DNA of 64,000 nucleotides from Escherichia coli (GTDB lineage Bacteria; Pseudomonadota; Gammaproteobacteria; Enterobacterales; Enterobacteriaceae): NCBI RefSeq assembly GCF_024298765.1, contig NZ_CP101210.1; one strand, 5' to 3'. Shown piece by piece: positions 24,328 to 34,549 of this stretch (position 1 is its first letter; each line of letters starts with the position of its first letter). The notes under the pieces were generated by a model. It saw only the letters and a program-made list of their open reading frames with translations, ran no database searches and was not told where the DNA came from. The position numbers and the translations under genes were made by a program.

Positions 24328-24645
24328 AATTCCCCTCTCTTTTGCAATAAACGTGTTTTCTCTGGTGGGTTGATTACCCAGTCTTTTTTACTGTGTCTGA
24401 CATTTTGTACTGTGGTGCAGTTGTAATGCAAACCTTCCGGGCTTCTGGGACACAGCATTTCAGTCCGGGCCCCATCATTACCATTTTGTTGATTCGAAAC
24501 GAAAACCCTCACCAATATCGATCGATTTTACCGATCGATATGATCACATCGATCGGTTGTAACCATTTTACCCTGTCTTTTGCATGGTTTTAAAATAGGC
24601 AACCCTCTTTGTCGGGTAGGGCAAGAACCAACGGAGATGATTGAA

Positions 24646-25383
24646 ATGAAAAAGGTTATTGCGGTTTCAGCGCTTGCAATGGCAGGCATGTTTTCGGCCC
24701 AGACTCTGGCTGATGAGAGCAAAACAGGCTTTTATGTGACCGGTAAAGCCGGTGTTTCTGTTATGTCACTTTCAGAGCAACGTTTCGTTGATGGTGAAGG
24801 GGCATGGGCGGATAAATACAAAGGCAGTGACAAAAGTGATACGGTTTTTGGCGCAGGCCTTGCGGTGGGATACGATTTTTATCAGCACTACAATGTGCCG
24901 GTGCGTACTGAAGTGGAGTTTTATGGCCGCGGTAACGCTGAATCAAAATATCGTCTGAGTTATTGGGAAAGTGCCGGTGGTGCCGAGTTCGATGATGCAC
25001 AGAACAAGCTCAGTGTAAACACGCTGATGCTGAATGCGTATTATGATTTCAGAAACAGCAGTGCATTCACGCCATGGATATCTGCTGGTCTGGGTTATGC
25101 ACGGGTTCATCATAAAACTTCGTACATATATACCGATAACAGCCCGGCAGGCAGTGAAGTTTATTCAGCTTCAGCGTCAAAATACGAAAACAACCTGGCA
25201 TGGAGCCTGGGTGCCGGTGTTAAATACGATGTGACGCAGGATTTCAGCCTTGACCTCAGCTACCGGTATCTGGATGCAGGGGATTCCACTCTGACTTATA
25301 AAGATGAGGATGGTGCTAAATATAAATCCTCTGTTGATGTCAGAAGTAACGAGTTTATGTTAGGTGCAACATATAACTTCTGA
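24646..25383 (+). CDS. outer membrane beta-barrel protein (OmpA-like transmembrane / Opa-type)
   Basis: Signal peptide MKKVIAVSALAMAGMFSAQTLA, alternating aromatic strands, C-terminal ...GATYNF; GGAG 9 nt upstream of ATG. Confidence 0.65.
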   Translation: MKKVIAVSALAMAGMFSAQTLADESKTGFYVTGKAGVSVMSLSEQRFVDGEGAWADKYKGSDKSDTVFGAGLAVGYDFYQHYNVPVRTEVEFYGRGNAESKYRLSYWESAGGAEFDDAQNKLSVNTLMLNAYYDFRNSSAFTPWISAGLGYARVHHKTSYIYTDNSPAGSEVYSASASKYENNLAWSLGAGVKYDVTQDFSLDLSYRYLDAGDSTLTYKDEDGAKYKSSVDVRSNEFMLGATYNF

Positions 25384-26041
25384 CAGCCATTTCTGCCTGC
25401 GCTTTGGAGCACAGTAAAGTGCAGGTATGACAAATCAATAACAGATATCCTGATGATATTCTCCCTCTGGCAACTAATAATTTCAGATGAATGAAATATA
25501 AATAGAGCAAAAATATTACTTTCGTTGATTTTTTACAGGGGGCAGGTAGCGCGCAGTATGGTTGTCAGTCTGTTAAATGAAAAAGGACTGTTGTTGGGAC
25601 ACGTTGTTTTTTGTCATATCAGCCCTTCCGGAAACAATAAACCGTATTACGAAGGAGGCTCCCGGACATCTGGTTTAAAGTTTGAACATAATCAAATAAA
25701 AATCTGTTGCCGGAGGGCGTAGTTTTGTGGAACTGACAAATGATGTCAGGAGTATTTATATAATTCACTTACACAAGAGTAATACTACAGGTGCAGTGAT
25801 TTATGGTTGACTCAACGAGAAATCGCTCAGCGGAGCGTTTGACTGGATATCGGTAGCGGGATGTCCTTTATGTCATTTTTGCCTTCTGCCGTAGGAACCA
25901 CAACGTGGGCCCAGACCCGTTGCTTCTCCTTCGGACTCTGTGCCGTATCATCACTGCGGAAGTTCCTGAGAAACCACTGTGAGAGCATGTGCTGATTTCT
26001 GGTGTATCCCATAATAGTATCCTTACATCACTGAATACAAT

Positions 26042-26680
26042 TTAATCGTAAGCTCCATCGGCGGCGGCTGACCTGATTTTCCGGTGGGTTTGCCGGATTA
26101 ACCCGGGGAAGGCCTCTGAGTCCGTAACGTTGTTCAGCGACAGGTCAGCGCAGATGATTTCATGTGTTTTACTGTCAACTGCCAGATGCAGCTTACGCCA
26201 TATACGACGGCGTTCCTGGCCATGCTTTTTGACTTTCCACTCGCCTTCACCGAAGACCTTCAGCCCGGTGGAATCAATTACCAGGTGTGCGATTTCACCC
26301 CGGGTGGGCGTTTTGAAACTGATATTAACCGACTTTGCCCGCCTGCTGACACAGCTGTAATCCGGGCAGCGTAGCGGAACGTTCATCAGAGAAAAAATGG
26401 AATCAATAAAGCCCTGCGCAGCGCGCAGGGTCAGCCTGAATACGCGTTTAATGACCAGCACAGTCGTGATGGCAAGGTCAGAATAGCGCTGAGGTCTGCC
26501 TCGTGAAGAAGGTGTTGCTGACTCATACCAGGCCTGAATAGCTTCATCATCCAGCCAGAAAGTTATGGAGCCACGGTTGATGAGGGCTTTATTGTAGGTG
26601 GGCCAGTTGGTGATTTTGAACTTTTGCTTTGCCACGGAACGGTCTGCGTTGTCGGGAAGATACGTGATCTGATCCTTCAA
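26042..26680 (-). pseudogene. IS903 transposase, C-terminally truncated (212 of ~307 aa)
   Basis: MKDQITYLPDNADRSVAKQKFKITNWPTYNKALINRGSITFWLDD... matches IS903/IS102 transposase from memory. Confidence 0.7.
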
Positions 26681-26712
26681 CTCAGCAAAAGTTCGATTTA
26701 TTCAACAAAACC
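26044..26712 (-). mobile_element. IS903 (IS5 family) remnant, truncated inside transposase gene
   Basis: IS903-type terminus next to bla stop (26681-26712); transposase stops after ...AADGAYD where intact IS903 continues. Confidence 0.7.
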
Positions 26713-26714
26713 AG

Positions 26715-27608
<894 letters not shown>

Positions 27609-27706
27609 TCAATCCGTGTTACATCAGTATTCCCTAAATTCCACGTGTGTTTTTTATTAGCTTCAAAAATCACTATTTCACGAAGAATTTAGACTGCTTC
27701 TCACAC

Positions 27707-27736
27707 ATTGTAACATTATTTACAACCACCTTTCAA
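27707..27736 (-). promoter_or_regulatory. ISEcp1 outward promoter driving blaCTX-M (-35 TTGAAA, 18-nt spacer, -10 TACAAT)
   Basis: Hexamers read on minus strand at 27731-27736 and 27707-27712, between IRR and the IS10 insertion point. Confidence 0.55.
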
Positions 27737-27821
27737 TCATTTTTGATAAATCATTGATTTCATCTTTGCTGCAATGATACTTAATAAACTCTGCAAGTTA
27801 TCCACAGAGCAACACTCAATT

Positions 27822-29150
27822 CTGAGAGATCCCCTCATAATTTCCCCAAAGCGTAACCATGTGTGAATAAATTTTGAGCTAGTAGGGTTGCAGCCACGAG
27901 TAAGTCTTCCCTTGTTATTGTGTAGCCAGAATGCCGCAAAACTTCCATGCCTAAGCGAACTGTTGAGAGTACGTTTCGATTTCTGACTGTGTTAGCCTGG
28001 AAGTGCTTGTCCCAACCTTGTTTCTGAGCATGAACGCCCGCAAGCCAACATGTTAGTTGAAGCATCAGGGCGATTAGCAGCATGATATCAAAACGCTCTG
28101 AGCTGCTCGTTCGGCTATGGCGTAGGCCTAGTCCGTAGGCAGGACTTTTCAAGTCTCGGAAGGTTTCTTCAATCTGCATTCGCTTCGAATAGATATTAAC
28201 AAGTTGTTTGGGTGTTCGAATTTCAACAGGTAAGTTAGTTGCTAGAACCCATGGCTCCTTTGCCGACGCTGAGTAGATTTTAGGTGACGGGTGGTGACAA
28301 TGAGTCCGTGTCGAGCGCTGATTTTTTCGGCCTTTAGAGCGAGATTTATACAATAGAATTTGGCATGAGATTGGATTGCTTTTAGTCAGCCTCTTATAGC
28401 CTAAAGTCTTTGAGTGACTAGATGACATATCATGTAAGTTGCTGATAGGTTTCCAGTTTTCCGCTCCTAGGTCTGCATATTGTACTTTTCCTCTTACTCG
28501 ACTTAACCAGTACCAACCCAGCTTCTCAACGGATTTATACCATGGCACTTTAAAGCCAGCATCACTGACAATGAGCGGTGTGGTGTTACTCGGTAGAATG
28601 CTCGCAAGGTCGGCTAGAAATTGGTCATGAGCTTTCTTTGAACATTGCTCTGAAAGCGGGAACGCTTTCTCATAAAGAGTAACAGAACGACCGTGTAGTG
28701 CGACTGAAGCTCGCAATACCATAAGTCGTTTTTGCTCACGAATATCAGACCAGTCAACAAGTACAATGGGCATCGTATTGCCCGAACAGATAAAGCTAGC
28801 ATGCCAACGGTATACAGCGAGTCGCTCTTTGTGGAGGTGACGATTACCTAACAATCGGTCGATTCGTTTGATGTTATGTTTTGTTCTCGCTTTGGTTGGC
28901 AGGTTACGGCCAAGTTCGGTAAGAGTGAGAGTTTTACAGTCAAGTAATGCGTGGCAAGCCAACGTTAAGCTGTTGAGTCGTTTTAAGTGTAATTCGGGGC
29001 AGAATTGGTAAAGAGAGTCGTGTAAAATATCGAGTTCGCACATCTTGTTGTCTGATTATTGATTTTTCGCGAAACCATTTGATCATATGACAAGATGTGT
29101 ATCCACCTTAACTTAATGATTTTTACCAAAATCATTAGGGGATTCATCAG
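27822..29150 (-). mobile_element. IS10 (IS4 family), 1329 bp, inserted inside ISEcp1
   Basis: Ends CTGAGAGATCCCCTCATAATTTCC (27822-) and rc CTGATGAATCCCCTAATGATTTTGG (-29150); identical 9-bp flanks CACTCAATT at 27813-27821 and 29151-29159. Confidence 0.9.
27835..29043 (-). CDS. IS10 transposase
   Basis: 402 aa MCELDILHDSLYQFCPELHLKRLNSLTLACHALLDCKTLTLTELGRNLPTKARTKH... matches IS10 transposase. Confidence 0.9.
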   Translation of the reverse strand: MCELDILHDSLYQFCPELHLKRLNSLTLACHALLDCKTLTLTELGRNLPTKARTKHNIKRIDRLLGNRHLHKERLAVYRWHASFICSGNTMPIVLVDWSDIREQKRLMVLRASVALHGRSVTLYEKAFPLSEQCSKKAHDQFLADLASILPSNTTPLIVSDAGFKVPWYKSVEKLGWYWLSRVRGKVQYADLGAENWKPISNLHDMSSSHSKTLGYKRLTKSNPISCQILLYKSRSKGRKNQRSTRTHCHHPSPKIYSASAKEPWVLATNLPVEIRTPKQLVNIYSKRMQIEETFRDLKSPAYGLGLRHSRTSSSERFDIMLLIALMLQLTCWLAGVHAQKQGWDKHFQANTVRNRNVLSTVRLGMEVLRHSGYTITREDLLVAATLLAQNLFTHGYALGKL

Positions 29151-29177
29151 CACTCAATTTTATTGATGATATTCTTA

Positions 29178-30440
29178 TTATACCAGACATTTTTCATACA
29201 CTCCCTTGTACGGATAGTTTTCCGACAACTTCATGATTACATATCTTGCGGTTTTGATTATTTTTGCTGCAAGAAATACATACTTCAAACGAAAGGTCTT
29301 TATTTGCTGTCTGTATTCTGAAGAGTCCAAGGAATCAAACTTGAACAACAAAAATAGGTTATATGAAAGCATCATCATTTGAAACACGGCTTCATTCGCC
29401 CAAAATGACTTTAGCAAGAGATGACCCACCGCCATGTCGTATTTGGCTTCTTTGATATAGTTTTCAGCATTACCACGCTTTTCATAGTATATAACTACTT
29501 TTTCAGAAAGCAAGGTAGTATTTGTTACAAAGAAAAAGTAGTCGTATTCGGAACCTTCTAAAAGTGATAATTGTGCTCTTTCTTTTTCTGGTTTCAGTAC
29601 GCGAGATACGACAAATCTTCTGTCTTTTTCCCATTTAACTAATTTTGTATACAGTTCTGTAGTTTCTCTACCTTCTTCTCCTTTAACGAATACAATTGAT
29701 GAATTCGTTGCTTGTGAGGTGAGTGTAGAATAACTTTTGGCTTTAATTAAATATTTGCATCCAAGAGATTCTATCGTTTCGATAATTTTTTCATCAAAGT
29801 AGCCACTATCCATTCGAAATAAAATTTCTAAATCGTCTGATTTGATGTTAGCAACAATTTCTTTGATCATTTCCGCAGCACCGTTTGCAGTGTAAGTATT
29901 GCCACTTCTTACAAATCCGGTAACATATGCTTTTAATTCGTCGCAAAATGCAAATTGGATATTGTAGCATCGGTTTCCCAGTTTCTTAGGATTATATCCT
30001 TTTGACGCACCTTCTTGATGACCTTCTACGTTAATTACACTACTATCAATATCAATCGTAATGGATGTCAATTTACTTTTAGTGAGCAGTTTTTTAAAGA
30101 CTTTAAAATTAATGTCTCTAAACATTTGGGTTGTCTTGAAGTTGAAGTTTCCTAGAAACCGTGACACTGTTTCAGGTTCTTTTACGGAAATATCAAACTC
30201 GTTGACGAGGGGATCATTTTGAAGTAGCTTTAGACGTTCTAACTTATCAATGCCAATGAAGTGACCGCAGAGCATGGTCTTTATATGATTCATCTTGATT
30301 TTATTTGTTGAGTCATTATCAAATACGAGGTCATTTTCAATAAAATCAAAAATCCCATTGCTTTTTGCATTCTCAAGGAGCAGAAAAAGACCTGCATTTG
30401 ATGTTAGATTCTTAGCTTTGAAATCAATTTTATTAATCAT
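29178..30440 (-). CDS. ISEcp1 transposase (IS1380 family)
   Basis: 420 aa MINKIDFKAKNLTSNAGLFLLLENAKSNGIFDFIENDLVFDNDSTNKIKMNHIKTML... Confidence 0.9.
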   Translation of the reverse strand: MINKIDFKAKNLTSNAGLFLLLENAKSNGIFDFIENDLVFDNDSTNKIKMNHIKTMLCGHFIGIDKLERLKLLQNDPLVNEFDISVKEPETVSRFLGNFNFKTTQMFRDINFKVFKKLLTKSKLTSITIDIDSSVINVEGHQEGASKGYNPKKLGNRCYNIQFAFCDELKAYVTGFVRSGNTYTANGAAEMIKEIVANIKSDDLEILFRMDSGYFDEKIIETIESLGCKYLIKAKSYSTLTSQATNSSIVFVKGEEGRETTELYTKLVKWEKDRRFVVSRVLKPEKERAQLSLLEGSEYDYFFFVTNTTLLSEKVVIYYEKRGNAENYIKEAKYDMAVGHLLLKSFWANEAVFQMMMLSYNLFLLFKFDSLDSSEYRQQIKTFRLKYVFLAAKIIKTARYVIMKLSENYPYKGVYEKCLV

Positions 30441-30627
30441 AATTAGAACCCCTTTTTACTACTTTTCTTACTATTATTTTACCATATATCGAGTCATAAA
30501 AGCTGATAATTTAACATATTTTTGAGCACTTTTCTTTCACCCAATGGGTGAAAGCTGAATTTCGAAGGAATGCATATTTATCAAGGCTTTGATTATGCTT
30601 TTTGAAGTACTGACGTAGAATCTAGGT

Positions 30628-31488
30628 TTGATTGATATCCTTGTTGAATTACAAAATTATGGCGTGGTCAGTCGCTATAATTTGATGAAAAAATACAACA
30701 TCACTGAGCGAACAGCATATCGTGATCTGAATATGCTTTCTCCCTTTATTGAAGCCTGTGGCGATGGAAAATACCGGCTTATTTCGGCAAGAGCAGGAAA
30801 CCAGAGCAAAGAATCACTGCACAAATCTCTGGCCAGGTTACTGGATACTGATGCGATTTTTCCTGAACGGGATGAAGGTTTCTGGCAGAAATTAGAAAAC
30901 AGGGCAACCGAAAGGCATATTCGTGTTCAGTTTCATAACCCTGAGCACACCATCAGGGATGATTTAAGAAAATATCTTGATGTTCTTGAAAAAGCGATCT
31001 GCAACAGTAATGTTTGCCAGATTGCATATGCCGGTAAGACCAGAATCGTTCATCCCTATAAATTAACTAATCAGAGAGGTATATGGTATTTGCTGGCTAC
31101 TGAAGAGAACAAGTTAAAGTCGTTTTCATTAGCTAAAATAAAATGGCTGGATATAAAAAAAGAAAAGTTTGCAAAGAGTGATGAAATCCAGTCACTGGTA
31201 AGTGAGTCATGTGACCCGTGGGTGAGCGACAAAACATTTGATGTTGTGTTGTTCATTTACAGTAATATCGCCCATTATTTTTTGCGACGGGACTTACTTC
31301 CTTACCAGCAATTGCTACACAAACATGACAATGGCATTACGCTGTCATGCAAGGCTGCACATAAAAATCAAATTGTCCCGTTGATTTTATACTGGCTACC
31401 GAATGTTGAAATTATTGAACCAGTATGGCTGAAAGAAGCCGTGTTAACAATGTTAGGAAAATACCTTACTGCTGAGAATGTTTCCTGA
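30628..31488 (+). CDS. WYL-domain transcriptional regulator (wHTH-WYL-C-terminal domain; BrxR/CapW-like), start TTG one base after ISEcp1 IRL
   Basis: N-terminal HTH LVELQNYGVVSRYNLMKKYNITERTAYRDLNML; WYL motif RGIWYLLATEE; 286 aa; 5' end and promoter probably disrupted by ISEcp1. Confidence 0.7.
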   Translation: MIDILVELQNYGVVSRYNLMKKYNITERTAYRDLNMLSPFIEACGDGKYRLISARAGNQSKESLHKSLARLLDTDAIFPERDEGFWQKLENRATERHIRVQFHNPEHTIRDDLRKYLDVLEKAICNSNVCQIAYAGKTRIVHPYKLTNQRGIWYLLATEENKLKSFSLAKIKWLDIKKEKFAKSDEIQSLVSESCDPWVSDKTFDVVLFIYSNIAHYFLRRDLLPYQQLLHKHDNGITLSCKAAHKNQIVPLILYWLPNVEIIEPVWLKEAVLTMLGKYLTAENVS

Positions 31489-31536
31489 AATATTTCAGTT
31501 GACTGATGATAAAGCAATCTGTACAGGAGGAAAAGA

Positions 31537-32616
31537 ATGGCGTTACCTTTTATTATTTTGGGTGTGGCTGCCGGCGCTGCGGCATTCGGCGGAAAAAAAG
31601 CTTACGATGGATATCAAAAAAAGTCAGAAGCAGAGGATATCCTCGAAAAAGCAAAAGAGCGTTACGAGGAGCATAAAGAAAAATTTGAGCAGGCTGAAGC
31701 TCAGACATCATCAAAATTAACAACGCTCGGAAATAAAGAGCTTGAGATTGGTAAAGATTTCAGTGAGTTCGACAGGATTGCTGCTGAGCTCCTGGCGCGT
31801 CTGGAAAAAGAGGGCAATAAAGACCTGAAACTGAGTGTCCCGCAACATAACATCAATAAGATTCAGAACCTGGCCATTTCAGCGACAGAATATCTCAGTA
31901 CGGTCGTTGCTGCCGGAGTTTCCGGGGCTGCTGCGGGTTTTGCTGTGTATAGCGGAGTGATGGCATTTGCTGCGGCTTCTACAGGTACACCCATTGCAGC
32001 GCTTTCTGGTGCCGCGGCTTATAACGCGACGATGGCGGCAATTGGTGGGGGCTCACTGGCTGCAGGGGGCATGGGAATGGCCGGCGGCGCAATGGTATTA
32101 GGCACCGCAGTGGCTGCACCGTTGATTGCCATTGCGGGCTGGGCTTACGACAGACATGCGACGAAAGCTCTTGAAAATGCCCATCAGTGTGCCTGCGATG
32201 TTGCACGGGCAGTTAAGAAAATGAATCTGGCCCGGGAGCATTTTGCAAAAGTTAATCAATACGTTGATGAAATTCTCGCTGCACTGAACAGAATGCATGC
32301 TGTATTTATTAAACACTATTTTGAGCCGCTTAAATCCATGCATTCTGTTATTACAGAACAACAGGATATCAGTGTATCAGATGAAGTCATTGTGCTTATT
32401 GACCATGGATATTCACTGGCCGCTATTATGACGGATATTATTACAACGCCACTGTTTAAACCGCGGAAACAGGAAAATGGTGAGGCAGTGATAAAAGATA
32501 ACGTTATTGAAATGGAAACGGATGATAATGGAATGAACGTTATTAATAAGGATGAGCTGGATGATGTACTGGCCAGTTCGGTTGTGAAATTTGATGATTT
32601 TTCATCCCAGAGTTAA
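31537..32616 (+). CDS. hypothetical membrane protein: N-terminal hydrophobic helix, coiled-coil, long Gly/Ala-rich GxxxG zipper segment
   Basis: 359-aa ORF with AGGAGG 6 nt upstream of ATG; AAGVSGAAAGFAVYSGVMAFAAASTG...GGGSLAAGGMGMAGGAMVLG; no family recognised. Confidence 0.65.
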   Translation: MALPFIILGVAAGAAAFGGKKAYDGYQKKSEAEDILEKAKERYEEHKEKFEQAEAQTSSKLTTLGNKELEIGKDFSEFDRIAAELLARLEKEGNKDLKLSVPQHNINKIQNLAISATEYLSTVVAAGVSGAAAGFAVYSGVMAFAAASTGTPIAALSGAAAYNATMAAIGGGSLAAGGMGMAGGAMVLGTAVAAPLIAIAGWAYDRHATKALENAHQCACDVARAVKKMNLAREHFAKVNQYVDEILAALNRMHAVFIKHYFEPLKSMHSVITEQQDISVSDEVIVLIDHGYSLAAIMTDIITTPLFKPRKQENGEAVIKDNVIEMETDDNGMNVINKDELDDVLASSVVKFDDFSSQS

Positions 32617-32662
32617 TGATTTACCGGGCGTTAAAGCCCGGCTTTACAAGAAGTGAAATAAC

Positions 32663-34234
32663 ATGAATGTGGAAAAATTTGACTGGACAGAAGAGTTACA
32701 TCAGACCATGGTGAAGAGCCTGGTTACATCATTCGGGCTGGATTTTCTGTTGCTAAATGATCGTAAGGGTGGTGATGTTGACACTATCCATAATGTGCGT
32801 AATGGCATTTATGCCACGGAGGCTGAGCGACAGCGGTATGAAGGTCGTGGCGAATATGATTCTCATCATTACCACAGCCATGAGAACTATATCGCGACGA
32901 ACCGGGAAGGAAAGCGTGCGCATCAGGCAGGGACTCTTACTGATGCATATACAGGCGAGGTGTTTGCTTCTGACGACAAAAAAAATCTGGATCATATTAT
33001 TTCCGCTAAAGAAATTCATGATGATCCGGGGAGAATTCTTGCTGAACGGGATGGTGCAGAACTGGCAAATGACGCTTCAAATCTGGCATTCACTCATGAG
33101 TCGCTCAATAAATCAAAGAAAGCAGACTCAATGGATGCGTTTATTTGCACGCTGCAGAAAAACAGAGAAGATACGTTAAGGCAGATAGCAGAGCTTGAAT
33201 CTCAGGCAACGCTGACAGAAAAGGAAAAGAAACGTCTGATAAGTCTGAGAAAAAAAGCTGATGCAGATACTGAGCGTATGGAAAGGGCTGATAAATATGC
33301 CCGGGAAAAATATGAGGCCACGATTAATCAGAGCTATTACCTGAGTAGTAAGTTTGCTACTGCTGTCGCCAGTGCTTCGCTTAATTCCGGTTTTCGTATG
33401 GGGACGCGACAGATGTTGGGGCTTATTCTTGCCGAGATCTGGTTCGAACTGAGGGAACGAATCCCGCATATTATCAGGCAGCAACGGAACTCATTCAGCG
33501 CCGGCAAATGCCTGTCCGAAATAACGTCAGCATTACGTGCCTGCCAGGAACGAGTACAGGAAAAATTCAGTTCTTTTTTAATTGCCTTTAAAGATGGTGT
33601 CATCGGAGGGATACTGTCAGGTATTACCACAACGCTGTTAAATATATTCCTGACAACGGAAAGAATGATTGTCCGGCTTATCAGGGAAATGTGGAACAAT
33701 CTCGTTCAGGCCTTTAAAGTCCTGGTATTTAATCCGGAGGGATTATCGCCGGGGCAGTTAGCCAAAGCGGTCACTAAACTGATAGCAGCAGGTGTGGCTG
33801 TTGCCGGAGGGGTGATGATAAATGAGGCGATGGCGCAGATCCTTATTTTCCCATTTGGTTCAGAGCTTGCTGCCTTTTGTGGTGCGCTGACGACAGGTAT
33901 TCTCGGGCTGGTGATGAATTATTATCTCGAATATAGCGAGGTTATGCAGCGGGTATGGGCATTTCTGGACAAATTTAAGGACAAATTCCAGCGGTCACTG
34001 GAATACTTTCAGGCAGTCAATGCTGAACTTGATCGCTATCTTGTGGAACTTACTGCACTGGAATTTTCTGTTGATGCTGCCGAGTTAAATCATTTTTCAC
34101 TTCATCTGGATAGCGTAAACAGTGAGATAGAGCGCGGACTTCTGCTGAGAGAAGAAGTCCGCCGACGAGGGATTGCGTTGCCGTTTGAGTCAGGAAATGT
34201 GGCTTCTGTTCGTGACTGGTTAAATAAGCGATGA
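32663..34234 (+). CDS. hypothetical protein: N-terminal HNH/His-Me-finger-like motif, coiled-coil, hydrophobic GxxxG-rich segment
   Basis: 523-aa ORF; NLDHIISAKEIHDDPG...NDASNLAFTHESLNKSK resembles HNH core without Cys ligands; C-terminal half has TM-like helices; no family recognised. Confidence 0.6.
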   Translation: MNVEKFDWTEELHQTMVKSLVTSFGLDFLLLNDRKGGDVDTIHNVRNGIYATEAERQRYEGRGEYDSHHYHSHENYIATNREGKRAHQAGTLTDAYTGEVFASDDKKNLDHIISAKEIHDDPGRILAERDGAELANDASNLAFTHESLNKSKKADSMDAFICTLQKNREDTLRQIAELESQATLTEKEKKRLISLRKKADADTERMERADKYAREKYEATINQSYYLSSKFATAVASASLNSGFRMGTRQMLGLILAEIWFELRERIPHIIRQQRNSFSAGKCLSEITSALRACQERVQEKFSSFLIAFKDGVIGGILSGITTTLLNIFLTTERMIVRLIREMWNNLVQAFKVLVFNPEGLSPGQLAKAVTKLIAAGVAVAGGVMINEAMAQILIFPFGSELAAFCGALTTGILGLVMNYYLEYSEVMQRVWAFLDKFKDKFQRSLEYFQAVNAELDRYLVELTALEFSVDAAELNHFSLHLDSVNSEIERGLLLREEVRRRGIALPFESGNVASVRDWLNKR

Positions 34235-34497
34235 AATTACACCCTCCATTTCCCTGTAACCAGTGTGGGGCCTGTTGTCGTCATGTCAACAGGGCGGGTG
34301 AAACGCAATGTCTGGATCGTGGTGACGGTATTTGCCGTTACTATCAGACTGATTCTCATTTGTGTGCAATTTATGATAAACGCCCACAGATTTGCCGGGT
34401 TGAAGACCAGTATTTACTGAATTATCAGTCTCAGTACAGCTGGCAGGAGTTTATTGCATTAAACCAGGCCGCATGCCTTATTCTGAATAAACTGTAA
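34231..34497 (+). CDS. YkgJ-family Cys-cluster (putative zinc/iron-chelating) protein
   Basis: 88 aa MKLHPPFPCNQCGACCRHV...GICRYY...CAIYDKRPQICR; start overlaps preceding stop (ATGA). Confidence 0.6.
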   Translation: MKLHPPFPCNQCGACCRHVNRAGETQCLDRGDGICRYYQTDSHLCAIYDKRPQICRVEDQYLLNYQSQYSWQEFIALNQAACLILNKL

Positions 34498-34549
34498 TAC
34501 CATTAATGGCGGCGTCAGTACAGAAACTGAGAGAACATAAAGCAGTAAA

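Larger units (their letters stand above)
27633..30626 (-). mobile_element. ISEcp1 (IS1380 family), complete 1656 bp but interrupted by IS10
   Basis: IRL rc CCTAGATTCTACGTCAGTACTTCAAA at 30601-30626; IRR ACACACGTGGAATTTAGG (rc) at 27633-27650; span minus IS10 and 9-bp TSD = 1656 bp. Confidence 0.85.

Noticed and set aside
25681-25685. TTTGA pentamer matching the flank next to ISEcp1 IRL, considered as the other half of the ISEcp1 target duplication
   Set aside because: A single 5-mer match is expected by chance, and the adjacent sequence shows no resemblance to an ISEcp1 right end.
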